Assembly (NCBI GenBank): GCA_020051015.1
Contig: JAGVJQ010000032.1
Location: 7,199 to 71,198 of the forward strand
Length of the DNA: 64,000 nucleotides
Reading direction: 5' to 3'
Source of the DNA: Gammaproteobacteria bacterium
GTDB taxonomy: Bacteria; Pseudomonadota; Gammaproteobacteria; UBA1113
The translations under genes were made by a program, and so were the position numbers. Positions 9,537 through 19,765 of the stretch are shown here, in pieces. Within the stretch, counting starts at the first letter, position 1. The number at the start of each line of letters is the position of its first letter. The notes beneath the pieces were generated by a model, which worked only from the letters and a program-made list of their open reading frames with translations, was not told the DNA's origin and ran no database searches.

Positions 9537-10941
9537 TATTGCTATTATCGGCGCAGGAGCCGCCGGTTTAAGTGTTGCTGCAGGTGCCGCACAAATGGGT
9601 GCCAAAGTGATTTTGATCGAAAATCATCGCATGGGTGGTGATTGTTTGAATTATGGTTGCGTGCCATCCAAAGCATTATTGGCCGCAGCAAAATCCGTTT
9701 TACAAATACGTGATGCGGCAACGCTTGGTATTCATGCCGCCAATATTACTATTGATTTCACGGCCGTCATGGCACATATACAGCAAACGATAAAAAATAT
9801 TGAGCCGAATGATTCAGTTGAGCGTTTTGAAAAACTCGGTGTCACTGTTATTCGAGAAACGGGTCAATTTGTTGATCCAAACACACTTCAGGCCGGTGAT
9901 AAATTAATTCAAGCCAAACGTTTTGTGATTGCAACCGGTTCATCCGCGTTTATTCCGCCCATTCCAGGATTGGCAAATATTCCTTATTTAACTAATGAAA
10001 CAATTTTTAATTTAACACACTTACCAGAGAAACTGTTAATTATTGGTGGTGGCCCTATCGGTTGTGAAATGGCGCAAGCATTTGCCCTATTAGGAGCAGA
10101 TGTCACTATTTTAGAAGCAGGAAAATTGTTGGCAAAAGATGAGCCAGATATGGTAGCAATATTACGCCAGCAACTATTGGTGAATGGTATAAAAATTTAT
10201 GAACAAGCTAATATCACTCAGGTTAGATATAACCAAAATGAATTCACTGTCGAATTTACCCGCGATAATCAACAATACAAATTAACTGGCACACAATTAT
10301 TAGTTGCTACGGGTCGACAACCTAAGGTCAAAACCTTAAATTTAGATGCTGCGAATATTCAGTTTTCCAATAAAGGTATTCAAGTTAATGCTCATTTGCG
10401 CACGACAAATCATCGTGTGTATGCCATTGGTGATGTTACAGGGCAAATGCCATTTACGCATATTGCAAGTTATCATGCTGGTTTGATACTGCGAGAAATT
10501 CTCTTTAAAATGCCGGCTAAAATTAATTATTCTGCCACGCCATGGGTCACTTATACTGAACCTGAACTTGCCCATGTAGGTATGACACTTGCCCAAGCAC
10601 AGGAAAAATTTGGTGATACTATTCAAATTTTTGAAACTGATTTTAAAGATAATGACCGGGCACAAGCTGAAGCAAAAACGTTAGGCAAAATAAAAATTAT
10701 TACTGATAAAAAAGCACATGTTTTAGGTGTTACTATCCTTGGTCCACAAGCTGGAGAATTGTTATTACCTTGGATTATGATAATTCATCAAAAACAAACG
10801 GTACGTGCATTAACTGATGTGATTGTGCCCTATCCGACGCTTTCTGAATTAAGTAAACGTGTAGCTGGTGAATTTTATAAACCACTTATTTTTTCTGATA
10901 AAATAAAGCGCTTGGTAAGATTTATGATGCGGATTACGTAA
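9514..10941 (+). CDS. class I pyridine nucleotide-disulfide oxidoreductase (Lpd/MerA-like flavoprotein)
   Basis: FAD motif IIGAGAAG. Redox-active disulfide GGDCLNYGCVPSK. NAD-binding motif IIGGGPIGCE. No HMA domain. Confidence 0.85.
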   Translation: MATKLKCDIAIIGAGAAGLSVAAGAAQMGAKVILIENHRMGGDCLNYGCVPSKALLAAAKSVLQIRDAATLGIHAANITIDFTAVMAHIQQTIKNIEPNDSVERFEKLGVTVIRETGQFVDPNTLQAGDKLIQAKRFVIATGSSAFIPPIPGLANIPYLTNETIFNLTHLPEKLLIIGGGPIGCEMAQAFALLGADVTILEAGKLLAKDEPDMVAILRQQLLVNGIKIYEQANITQVRYNQNEFTVEFTRDNQQYKLTGTQLLVATGRQPKVKTLNLDAANIQFSNKGIQVNAHLRTTNHRVYAIGDVTGQMPFTHIASYHAGLILREILFKMPAKINYSATPWVTYTEPELAHVGMTLAQAQEKFGDTIQIFETDFKDNDRAQAEAKTLGKIKIITDKKAHVLGVTILGPQAGELLLPWIMIIHQKQTVRALTDVIVPYPTLSELSKRVAGEFYKPLIFSDKIKRLVRFMMRIT

Positions 10942-10954
10942 TATCATTTGTTTA

Positions 10955-11115
10955 AGCCTGACAGCCCCTCTCCCCCAACCCCTCCCCCGCTTCGCGGGGG
11001 AGGGGAGCAGATATGTGAAACAATAACACTCCTAATATGCTTCGCGGGGGAGGGGAGCAGATCTGTGAAACAATAACACTCCTAACATGCTTCGCGGGAG
11101 GGAATAGACATGTGG
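10955..11115. repeat. GC-rich REP-like element: perfect hairpin plus 2.5 tandem copies of a 50 bp unit
   Basis: Hairpin cccctcccccgc-ttc-gcgggggagggg, followed by units gcttcgcgggggaggggagcagatNtgtgaaacaataacactcctaaNat starting at 10989 and 11039, and a partial unit at 11089. Sits between convergent gene ends. Confidence 0.85.
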
Positions 11116-11120
11116 GATAT

Positions 11121-12839
11121 CTATTGATTAACATTAAACGGTTGATTACTCACGAGATAATTTCGATCATAATAACCAATGATATAAACTGATGAAGGTT
11201 TTGCTGTTGCTTGAAATTTCACTAAGTCATGCTTTGATAAAAATACAAATAATCGTTTTTGGCTATGCCATTGCTGCCAAAATTGATTCGTTGTAATTAA
11301 CCATGTTCTTGCTTGTGGTTGATAAGCCAATAAACTCGACATCTGACCACTCCAACTATCATTATTTTTAATTTTTGGACTATCCCAATCAGCAACTACT
11401 GTAACCTGACGTTGTGTATAAAAGGGTAAATCATAATAATACTTCTTATAGGCAACAATTTCATCTTGTGGTGCTAATTGCTTATTAATTAACGTTACTA
11501 ATGGCTTGATCGTAGGTTTATAGTGAACGACCGATTGGGCCAAATTAACCAACACTAATCCCACTGCCATAAAAGCAATTAAGCCAGCCCAGCGTTGAGT
11601 GGGTTTTATAAAATGAAATAATATAAAGCTGAAAATCCCAAAAAAAGCTAATAAGATTGCACCAACTATTTGAGCATGGTGATTCAAATCATAATGAGCA
11701 AATAATTTAGTCGGTAACATAGCAAGAATGATAGCCGCTATTATTAACAAGATTGATACACTATAAAATATCCATTTCCAGAATGAGGCTGTTAATTCTC
11801 TTTCTGCTATATAACGACCAACTAATAATGCCAATGCAGGAAAAATCGGTAAAATATAACTATCAATTTTCGATGTTGGAATACTAAAAAACAAAGTAAT
11901 TAAGCCTATCCATAATAATATAAAACCAGCTAAATAATCATGTTGTTGTCGAATTTTTATAATTGATAACCAAATGCTTTGTAGTAGCCAAAACGTCCAT
12001 GGTAATAAGCCTATGATAATAGCAACAAGATAAAATGTTGCTGGTTCAGGATTATTAAATTGCGTCCCTGTATAACGTTGAAATTGTTGAATATAAAAAA
12101 AGTATTTAAAAAACTCAGGATTCTGTATTTGTACGCTGATTAACCACGGTAAACAAATGGTTAATATAATCAATAACCCCCAGCCAATATACATGTGACG
12201 CAATAATCGCCAGCGATTAAAACAAATAATCCATGCCCCAATAATCATGACAGGAAAAACTATTCCCATTAAGCCTTTTGTCATAAAAGCTAAACCAGCA
12301 CAAATATAGGCAAATAACATCGATTTAATATGTGGCTTATCAGTTCCATCACGAACAGCTAGCATAAATCCCATTAGCGATGCCGCAATTAATACAGCGA
12401 CTTCAAGATCTAAATTAGCATAGTGACTAAACACAAAATAAAGAGGTGAAATTGCTAAAATAGCGAAAGATAAATACGCTGTGCGTCGATTATATAGATA
12501 AAATGCTGTTACAAACGTTACCGTACAGCCAAACCAGGCAAAAATCATTGGCCACAGTCTAACAGTCCATTCATTAATTCCGAATAACCAAAAACTGCTT
12601 GCCTGTAACCAATAAAATAATGGCGGTTTATCAAGGAATAAAACATTATTATTGGTAGGTGTAATAAAATTATGAGAAAAAAACATTTCTCGCGCGACTT
12701 CATTATAACGACCTTCATCATTAACTAAAATAGGATGTAAGCCAGTAAAAAGAACATAGCAAATAAAAAAAAGTACTGTTAATAAAGCGATATCTTTCCA
12801 TTGTTGGTTTGACCAATTTTTTGTTATATCCATTAACAT
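11121..12839 (-). CDS. GT39/GT83-family glycosyltransferase (ArnT/PMT-like, undecaprenyl- or dolichyl-phosphate sugar transferase)
   Basis: 572 aa polytopic membrane protein. N-terminal loop NDEGRYNEVAREM matches the ArnT/PMT DExRYAEIxREM motif. Confidence 0.75.
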   Translation of the reverse strand: MLMDITKNWSNQQWKDIALLTVLFFICYVLFTGLHPILVNDEGRYNEVAREMFFSHNFITPTNNNVLFLDKPPLFYWLQASSFWLFGINEWTVRLWPMIFAWFGCTVTFVTAFYLYNRRTAYLSFAILAISPLYFVFSHYANLDLEVAVLIAASLMGFMLAVRDGTDKPHIKSMLFAYICAGLAFMTKGLMGIVFPVMIIGAWIICFNRWRLLRHMYIGWGLLIILTICLPWLISVQIQNPEFFKYFFYIQQFQRYTGTQFNNPEPATFYLVAIIIGLLPWTFWLLQSIWLSIIKIRQQHDYLAGFILLWIGLITLFFSIPTSKIDSYILPIFPALALLVGRYIAERELTASFWKWIFYSVSILLIIAAIILAMLPTKLFAHYDLNHHAQIVGAILLAFFGIFSFILFHFIKPTQRWAGLIAFMAVGLVLVNLAQSVVHYKPTIKPLVTLINKQLAPQDEIVAYKKYYYDLPFYTQRQVTVVADWDSPKIKNNDSWSGQMSSLLAYQPQARTWLITTNQFWQQWHSQKRLFVFLSKHDLVKFQATAKPSSVYIIGYYDRNYLVSNQPFNVNQ

Positions 12840-12856
12840 TTATCCTAGCCTATTAT

Positions 12857-13002
12857 AGGGGCTGTTGACAATTCTACTATGCTGGGCATTAAGCCTCGAT
12901 TTTTTGTGCTCCGCTGCTCACAGACGGCCAAAGTATGCTGCGCTGCGGTGCTCAAAAATCAAGCCTTTCTGCCACAGCCTAGCGAATTGTCAACAGCCCC
13001 TA
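12857..13002. repeat. MITE-like palindromic element, copy A (about 146 bp, terminal inverted repeats ggggctgttgacaattctact)
   Basis: Left end ggggctgttgacaattctactatgctgggcat; right end gcctagcgaattgtcaacagcccc. The internal core gctccgctgc...ggtgctcaaaaatcaag is shared with the copy at 59533-59650. Confidence 0.85.
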
Positions 13003-13179
13003 ATTTTCCAATCAGTTACCAGATTATTAGCATTTTGTAATATCAATATAAACCACATTGATTTGCACAATAATCAAGTTTTCTCATACGCTAATCCAGG
13101 CTGCATTTAACTTGGTAGAAAGGACGTATGTAATACGCCCCTTCAATTTACAATTTTACAATCCCGGCTACATTTAATC

Positions 13180-14580
13180 TTACGAAGCCGCATCTTTATT
13201 TGGATTTATTGCATGCAATCCTTTTAATAAATTCAATGCTTCATATAATTGATAATCCGTCACGGCAAGTGGCTGAGTATCTTCTTTTTTACTATCTGAA
13301 CTAACTTTTGTACCATCTTTTCCATTATCTTTAGGCTCGGTAACAGATTCTTCTTTATTACCATTCGCTAAATGCGCGGCTAAATCCTGTTCTTTAATAA
13401 TTGCTGTACTAAAGTTTTCAGCATTTTTATCAGGTTTAACATCCATCATTTCTACTTCTATATCTGGCACAATACCTTTTGCTTGAATAGAGCGACCACT
13501 TGGAGTGTAATAAAGTGCGGTTGTGATTTTAATCGCTGTCTCCTCATCTAATGGCAAGACTGTTTGTACAGACCCCTTACCAAAGGTTTGCGTACCCATG
13601 ATAATCGCTCGTTTATGATCTTGCAGCGCACCCGCTACAATTTCTGAAGCTGATGCCGAGCCTTCATTTACTAATACCACAATAGGTGCGCCATTAAGTA
13701 AATCGCCTGGTGTTGCAGACGCTTCTAGTTGAGAACCTTTCATGCGGCCTTTAGTGTAAACAATTAAATCATTTTTACCGAGTTTAGAACTATCTAAAAA
13801 TGCATCAGACACCGCGACAGCTGAATCTAATAAACCACCTGGATTGTTGCGTAAATCAAGCACCAGACCATTTAAATCTTTACCATTATTTTCTGCTTTC
13901 AATTTTGCAATTGCCGCATTTAAATCATCAATAGTTGGTGATTGGAATTGACTGATACGAATATAACCATAGCCATTTTCCAACATACGGCTTTTGACAC
14001 TTTTCACATGAATGATTTCACGCGTTAATGTCACATTAAAAGGTGCTTTTTCACCCTCACGAAAAATTGTTAAAACGACTGTAGTACCGGGTTTACCACG
14101 CATTTTTTCTACAGCGTCGCGTAAATCCATATCTTGTACCGATTCATTATTAATTTTAATTATAAAATCACCTGGTTTTAAACCAGCTTTTTGCGCAGGC
14201 GTATCATCAATAGGACTAACAATGCGGATATAACCACCTTCACTACCAATTTCAATGCCTAAGCCACCAAACTCACCAGCGGTGACTGAACGTAAATCGG
14301 CATAATCTTCAATATCCAGATAAGTTGAATGCGGATCCAACCCTGCCATCATACCGCGAATGGCACTATCAAATAATTTATCGTCACTTACATCCTCAAC
14401 ATAATATTTCTTAACATCAGAAATAGCCGTTGTAAATCGCTGTACATCTTCAATGGGCAATGGCTGTACTTGTTGTGCTGAGCTCTTTTCAACTTGTTTT
14501 GATGCGGCCGTAGTCGCTGCAAAGCAAGGCATGCTTACTAAACATAAGCTAATTAAAAGATGTTTCACTCCTGAATACAT
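13180..14580 (-). CDS. ctpA: carboxy-terminal processing protease (S41 family) with PDZ domain
   Basis: Signal peptide. S41 catalytic region GSASASEIVAGALQDHKRAIIMG. Confidence 0.85.
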   Translation of the reverse strand: MYSGVKHLLISLCLVSMPCFAATTAASKQVEKSSAQQVQPLPIEDVQRFTTAISDVKKYYVEDVSDDKLFDSAIRGMMAGLDPHSTYLDIEDYADLRSVTAGEFGGLGIEIGSEGGYIRIVSPIDDTPAQKAGLKPGDFIIKINNESVQDMDLRDAVEKMRGKPGTTVVLTIFREGEKAPFNVTLTREIIHVKSVKSRMLENGYGYIRISQFQSPTIDDLNAAIAKLKAENNGKDLNGLVLDLRNNPGGLLDSAVAVSDAFLDSSKLGKNDLIVYTKGRMKGSQLEASATPGDLLNGAPIVVLVNEGSASASEIVAGALQDHKRAIIMGTQTFGKGSVQTVLPLDEETAIKITTALYYTPSGRSIQAKGIVPDIEVEMMDVKPDKNAENFSTAIIKEQDLAAHLANGNKEESVTEPKDNGKDGTKVSSDSKKEDTQPLAVTDYQLYEALNLLKGLHAINPNKDAAS

Positions 14581-14603
14581 ACAACTACTCCTAATAATAC
14601 TCT

Positions 14604-15779
14604 TTACGATTTACACCATTGCTCTGGATTAATTGGATCGCCATTATAACGAATTTCAAAATACAGACCACTTTGCGCATATCCGCCAGTCTCGCCAACT
14701 TGGGCAATTAAGTCACCCGCATTGACATCTTGCCCAGATTTCCTAAATAAGCTTTGATTACGCCCATATAACGACATATAGCCATTACCATGATCAATAA
14801 TCATTAATAATCCAAATCCTTTTAACCATCCTGCAAACATAACACGTCCAGGATAAATTGCATAAACATTCTGCCCTTCTGGCGCTTTGATTATAATGCC
14901 ATTCGATGTTAAATCACTATTATCAATCGGGGTATCATAATGCAAGGTAATAGGACCTCGTGTTGGCCAGGGCAATGCTCCTTTCAATTTGGCAAATGGA
15001 ATTGGCATTGATGCTATTTGAGTTTGACCAGCCTCACGCTGCAATTGTTCAATCAAACGCTGTAAATTTTTCTTATTACTTTGCAAAGCACCCAATTGTT
15101 GCTTGTTTGTATCAATTTGTTGGTTAAGTCTGGAAAGCAATTGAATACGCGCCTGTTGACCACGTACCAGTTGTTGTTTTTGCAATCGTTGCTGATCACG
15201 CAATTGTTGTAACGATTTTGTTTGTTGAGTAATTTGTTGTTGATTTGTCAGCAATTGATTAAGTGTATTATTTAACCCCGAGATAAGGGTCAGTCGATTT
15301 TGATTCAAATATTTAAAATACGTCATATTGCGGGTAATGTCCGCTGGATTTTGTTGATTCAACAATAACTTAAAATAATTCTGTTGCCCCATGAAGTAAG
15401 CGGCACGCATTTGTGCGGCTAACGCTGATTGTTGCTCGGTCAGTTGTTGTTGATAAATGGTTTGCTGTTGTTGCAATAGCGACAATTTTGTCATTTGCAA
15501 GCTGATTTGCTTATCCAACACATGTAAATTTTCAGTTAACTGCCCAATGGTAACCTCAATCTTTTGAAGCTCTTTTTCCAATTTATCTTGGCGAACTTGA
15601 TCTTGAGATAACGTTTGTTGAACATCGTTAATTTGATTATTCACCGCTTGTAATTGTTTATTCATATCTTTTGAGTTATCAGCGGCATATGAAATTGGTA
15701 CAACCAATACCATCATGCTTAACGAGATGGTAATCATCGTTTTTTTAATTATAAATTGTAACTTATTGGCAACACTCAT
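14604..15779 (-). CDS. envC: murein hydrolase activator EnvC-like (coiled-coil plus M23/LytM domain)
   Basis: Long Q/L-rich coiled coil followed by a C-terminal LytM domain (GIIIKAPEGQNVYAIYPGRVMFAGWLKGFGLLMIIDHGNGYMSLYG). Positioned gpmI-envC as in E. coli. Confidence 0.8.
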   Translation of the reverse strand: MSVANKLQFIIKKTMITISLSMMVLVVPISYAADNSKDMNKQLQAVNNQINDVQQTLSQDQVRQDKLEKELQKIEVTIGQLTENLHVLDKQISLQMTKLSLLQQQQTIYQQQLTEQQSALAAQMRAAYFMGQQNYFKLLLNQQNPADITRNMTYFKYLNQNRLTLISGLNNTLNQLLTNQQQITQQTKSLQQLRDQQRLQKQQLVRGQQARIQLLSRLNQQIDTNKQQLGALQSNKKNLQRLIEQLQREAGQTQIASMPIPFAKLKGALPWPTRGPITLHYDTPIDNSDLTSNGIIIKAPEGQNVYAIYPGRVMFAGWLKGFGLLMIIDHGNGYMSLYGRNQSLFRKSGQDVNAGDLIAQVGETGGYAQSGLYFEIRYNGDPINPEQWCKS

Positions 15780-15798
15780 TAATAAATCTCAACTACAG

Positions 15799-17346
15799 TC
15801 ACGACAATGATAATAATACTTTACCTTCCATTTCTTTCGGAATAGGTAAGCCCATTAAATATAATAATGTTGGCGCAACATCTGCTAATTTACCATTTGG
15901 TACGGTAAATGAGGCTGGTCGACCGACATAAATTAATGGAACAGGTTCCGTAGTATGCGCTGTGTGTGGTTGTGCGGTTTGTTTGTCAAACATATATTCA
16001 GCATTACCATGATCAGCGGTAATTAACATCTCACCCCCAACCTCCATCAAGGCATCATAAATATATCCTAAACAAGTGTCGACAACCTCAATAGCTTTCA
16101 CCGTTGCTGGAAAATTCCCACTATGACCAACCATATCAGGGTTAGCAAAATTGCAGACAATAAAATCAAACTCTTGTGATTTTATCGCCGCCGTTAATTG
16201 ATCGGTTAATTGATAAGCGCTCATTTCTGGCTGCAAATCATAGGTAGCCACTTTAGGGGATGGTACTAAAATTCGTTTTTCACCTGGATAAATTGTTTCT
16301 GTACCACCATTAAAGAAAAACGTAACATGCGCATATTTTTCTGTTTCAGCAATTCGTAATTGTGTTAACCCATTTTCTGAAAGTACTTCCCCCATGCCTT
16401 GGGCTAATGTTTGCGGCTGAAAAGCGACTTGAGACCTAATGTTAGTTGCATATTCAGTTAACGTAACAAAAGCACCTAACTGAGGCCATTTTAGTCTTTC
16501 AAATCCAGTAAAGTCAGGCTGCGTTAAGGCATATGATAACTCACGAGCACGATCGGCTCTAAAATTCATAAAGATAACAACATCATCATTGTTAATAGTG
16601 ATTGGTTTTTGATTAGTTGAACAAATAGTCGTTGGTTTAACAAACTCATCAGTTTCACCACGGCGATAAGCGGCATCTAAACCATCCACTGCTGAATCAG
16701 CTTGGTAAGCCGCTATTCCTGATGTTAATAAATCGTAAGCGAGCTGTACCCGCTCCCATCGTTTATCGCGATCCATGGCATAATAACGACCGCATAGTGA
16801 TGCAATTTGACCACATCCGGTTTTTTTTAATAGCGTATCCATTTTTTCTAATGTCGCACCAGCACTTTGTGGTGGGGTATCTCTTCCATCTAAAAAAGCA
16901 TGTACAGCCAGTTTGGTTGTCCCTAATCGCGCTGCCAATTCAATTAACGCTATTACATGTTGTTCATGACTATGAACACCCCCAGGCGACATTAAGCCCA
17001 AAATGTGGACTGTTTTATCATTTTTCTTAGCTTGTTCAATTGCATTCACTAAAACCGGATTAGTAAAAAACTCGCTACTGTTGATGGCTTCGCTAATGCG
17101 CGTATAATCTTGGAATACAATACGCCCTAACCCTAAATTAACGTGCCCGACTTCAGAATTCCCCATTTGACCATCAGGTAAACCGACACAGCGTCCTGAG
17201 CCTGAAATAGTAGTATGAGGATAGCGTTGATTCAGCTTATCCCAAGTTGGTTTAATAGCCGCTGCAATAGCATTATCCGTGGGATCTTCGCGGTAACCCC
17301 ATCCATCTAAAACAATCAATAACATCGGCTTTGGGCGGTTTGGCAT
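15799..17346 (-). CDS. gpmI: 2,3-bisphosphoglycerate-independent phosphoglycerate mutase
   Basis: MPNRPKPMLLIVLDGWGYR...; 515 aa; metal-binding motifs of iPGM. Confidence 0.95.
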   Translation of the reverse strand: MPNRPKPMLLIVLDGWGYREDPTDNAIAAAIKPTWDKLNQRYPHTTISGSGRCVGLPDGQMGNSEVGHVNLGLGRIVFQDYTRISEAINSSEFFTNPVLVNAIEQAKKNDKTVHILGLMSPGGVHSHEQHVIALIELAARLGTTKLAVHAFLDGRDTPPQSAGATLEKMDTLLKKTGCGQIASLCGRYYAMDRDKRWERVQLAYDLLTSGIAAYQADSAVDGLDAAYRRGETDEFVKPTTICSTNQKPITINNDDVVIFMNFRADRARELSYALTQPDFTGFERLKWPQLGAFVTLTEYATNIRSQVAFQPQTLAQGMGEVLSENGLTQLRIAETEKYAHVTFFFNGGTETIYPGEKRILVPSPKVATYDLQPEMSAYQLTDQLTAAIKSQEFDFIVCNFANPDMVGHSGNFPATVKAIEVVDTCLGYIYDALMEVGGEMLITADHGNAEYMFDKQTAQPHTAHTTEPVPLIYVGRPASFTVPNGKLADVAPTLLYLMGLPIPKEMEGKVLLSLS

Positions 17347-17520
17347 GACAGTAGTTCCTAGCTACGATATTTTTAACAATTGTAATCATAACCTGAAATC
17401 AGGAATACCCATCATACCTCAAGATGCGAAGTTTAGCGACCGAGTGAACGATTATACACTCGCATTTTGGGGTATGATGGGTATATACTATGCCATCTTT
17501 TAATTTGCTTAAGGTTTATT

Positions 17521-17934
17521 ATGGCTGAATATATTCAATTTTTGACAACGCACTGGTTATTAAGCACAGCTTTTGTAGTGGTCTTAGTATTATTAATTGC
17601 CAATGAAATAGTGGGGCGATTACGAGGAGCTGGACAATGCTCACCACAACAATTAGTACAGATGATTAATCACGAAAAAGCCAATATTATTGATGTGCGT
17701 GAAAAAGCCGATTTTCGCTCAGGCAAAATTGTTGGCTCAAAAAATATCCCTGCTGCTGAATTAATCAAGCGCGTTAGTGAACTTGATAAGTCTAAACCCG
17801 TTGTACTTGTTTGTAGTAATGGTCAACAAACAGCCAAATTGGCTCTTCAATTAAAAGAACAAGGTTTTAATGCCTATTCGTTATCAGGTGGAATTGCTGC
17901 TTGGCGAAATGATAATATGCCCCTTGATAAATAA
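17521..17934 (+). CDS. yibN: rhodanese-domain membrane protein YibN-like. The start is taken at MAEYIQF; the track ORF begins upstream at 17467.
   Basis: N-terminal TM followed by a rhodanese fold with active-site CSNGQQ. Synteny yibN-grxC-secB-gpsA. Confidence 0.7.
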   Translation: MAEYIQFLTTHWLLSTAFVVVLVLLIANEIVGRLRGAGQCSPQQLVQMINHEKANIIDVREKADFRSGKIVGSKNIPAAELIKRVSELDKSKPVVLVCSNGQQTAKLALQLKEQGFNAYSLSGGIAAWRNDNMPLDK

Positions 17935-17975
17935 GACCATGCCGGAACAAGATACATCAAATAGGTGAATTTACT

Positions 17976-18227
17976 ATGGCCGAAATAATTATTTATACGA
18001 CTGAAATTTGTCCATACTGTGTACGAGCCAAACAATTACTTGATCGCAAAGGTCTCGATTATTCTGAAATTCGTGTCGATAATAACGATGCGTTACGCAA
18101 TGAAATGATTAAGTTAAGTGGTCGCCGAACCGTACCGCAAATCTTCATTAATGGAAAATCCATTGGTGGTTGTGATGATTTGTATCAACTCGAGCTTTCC
18201 GGCGAATTAGATAAAATGTTAAAATAA
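17976..18227 (+). CDS. grxC: glutaredoxin 3
   Basis: CPYC active site; 83 aa; TVPQIFINGKSIGGCDDL. Confidence 0.9.
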   Translation: MAEIIIYTTEICPYCVRAKQLLDRKGLDYSEIRVDNNDALRNEMIKLSGRRTVPQIFINGKSIGGCDDLYQLELSGELDKMLK

Positions 18228-18248
18228 CTTTCTAGAAGGAGTTCCATC

Positions 18249-18752
18249 ATGACCGAATCAACAACCAATACTAAGCCAAATTCTGCGGATACCGAAGCAC
18301 AGCCTAATTTTGTGATTCAACGTATTTATATAAAAGATATTTCTTTCGAAGCACCTAATACTCCTCAAGTTTTTCTTGACGAATGGAAGCCACAAATGGA
18401 AGTCGAAATTCAAAATCGCAGCCTCCAAATTGGTACTGATACACATGAAGTTGTCTTGCGAATTGCAGTAACCACCAAGATTAATGACAAAGTAGCTTTC
18501 TTAATTGAAGTACAACAAGCTGGTATTTTCTCTGTTCATGGTGCAACTAATGAACAATTAGGCCCCATTATTGGTAGCTATTGCCCAAGTATTCTTTTCC
18601 CATATGCTCGAGAAGCTATTGCAAGCTTGAGTATGAATGGTGGCTTCCCACCTATTCATTTAGCGCCAGTCAATTTTGATGCTGCTTACCATCAACATAT
18701 GCAACAAGTAGCAAACAATCCAACGACAGCGGCTGAGGAAACACAACACTAA
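18249..18752 (+). CDS. secB: protein-export chaperone SecB
   Basis: FVIQRIYIKDISFEAPN...; 167 aa; conserved SecB core. Confidence 0.9.
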   Translation: MTESTTNTKPNSADTEAQPNFVIQRIYIKDISFEAPNTPQVFLDEWKPQMEVEIQNRSLQIGTDTHEVVLRIAVTTKINDKVAFLIEVQQAGIFSVHGATNEQLGPIIGSYCPSILFPYAREAIASLSMNGGFPPIHLAPVNFDAAYHQHMQQVANNPTTAAEETQH

Positions 18753-18754
18753 TC

Positions 18755-19765
18755 ATGGTAGAGGTAAATACAACTGAACCAAAACTGACAGTGCTAGGGG
18801 CGGGTTCGTGGGGAACTGCCCTTGCAATCCATTTGGCTAGACATCATGCGAATGTGACATTATGGGGACGTGATAGTTTACAGATTCAGCAAATGAATGC
18901 CGCTCGATGTAATACTCGTTACTTACCCTCCATTCGATTACCAGAAAACTTGACAGTCACCGATGATTTAAATGAAGCAATGAAAAATTGTGGCTTCTTA
19001 TTGATTGTGGTACCCAGTCATGTTTTTGAGTCATGTTTAACTCAAATCAAACCTTATTATCGTCCAGGCTTAACCGTTGCCTGGGCAACTAAAGGTATCA
19101 AAGCTGACGGTGAGCTATTACATCAAGTTGTTGAGCGAATATTAGGGAAGGACACGCCAAAAGCGGTGATAGCGGGTCCATCGTTTGCCGCCGAAGTAGC
19201 CACAGAACTCCCAACCGCTATTACGGTTGCATCCGATCAAGAATCCAGCGCACGCGCAGTTGCCAATATGCTTAACAGCCCTCGTTTCCGAGTTTATACC
19301 AGCAACGATATGATTGGAGCGCAATTAGGTGGTGCCGTCAAAAATGTGTTAGCGATTGCAACAGGTAGTTCCGATGGTTTAGGTTTTGGAGCGAATGCTC
19401 GCAGCGCATTAATCACTCGCGGGTTGGCTGAATTAATGCGTTTAGGTTTAGCCTTAGGCGCGCAAGCTGAAACATTAATGGGTTTAGCGGGTTTAGGTGA
19501 TTTAGTCTTAACGTGTACCGATGATAAATCGCGGAATCGCCGTTTTGGTTTAGCACTTGGTCGTGGTAGCTCAGTACAAGATGCCATTGAAAGTATTGGT
19601 CAAGTAGTTGAGGGTGTTACCGCGGCTGGACATATCTATCATTTAGCTAAGAAACATAACGTTGAAATGCCCATTACTGAGCAAGTTTATCGAGTTTTAC
19701 AAGGTCAATATTCTGCAGCTGATGCAGTTAAGATTTTATTATCGCGCGCATCGGGTAATGAATAA
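18755..19765 (+). CDS. gpsA: NAD(P)H-dependent glycerol-3-phosphate dehydrogenase
   Basis: LGAGSWGTALA Rossmann motif; 336 aa; conserved GpsA C-terminus. Confidence 0.95.
   Translation: MVEVNTTEPKLTVLGAGSWGTALAIHLARHHANVTLWGRDSLQIQQMNAARCNTRYLPSIRLPENLTVTDDLNEAMKNCGFLLIVVPSHVFESCLTQIKPYYRPGLTVAWATKGIKADGELLHQVVERILGKDTPKAVIAGPSFAAEVATELPTAITVASDQESSARAVANMLNSPRFRVYTSNDMIGAQLGGAVKNVLAIATGSSDGLGFGANARSALITRGLAELMRLGLALGAQAETLMGLAGLGDLVLTCTDDKSRNRRFGLALGRGSSVQDAIESIGQVVEGVTAAGHIYHLAKKHNVEMPITEQVYRVLQGQYSAADAVKILLSRASGNE

Noticed and set aside
9514-10941. Mercuric reductase (merA) call for the flavoprotein disulfide oxidoreductase
   Set aside because: There is no N-terminal HMA (GMTCxxC) domain and no C-terminal Cys-Cys pair, so only the generic class I oxidoreductase call is supported.
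10955-11115. Tandem 50 bp repeats that could superficially suggest a CRISPR array
   Set aside because: The sequences between the GC-rich cores are themselves nearly identical between units (atNtgtgaaacaataacactcctaaNat), so there are no unique spacers. There are only 2.5 units and no cas genes, so this is a REP-like tandem array.
10952-11134. 60 aa ORF on the minus strand
   Set aside because: It lies entirely within the GC-rich repeat array. Its composition is driven by the repeat, and there is no RBS or coding signal.
12865-13110. 81 aa ORF
   Set aside because: It falls inside the MITE copy and downstream spacer and is a repeat-derived open frame.
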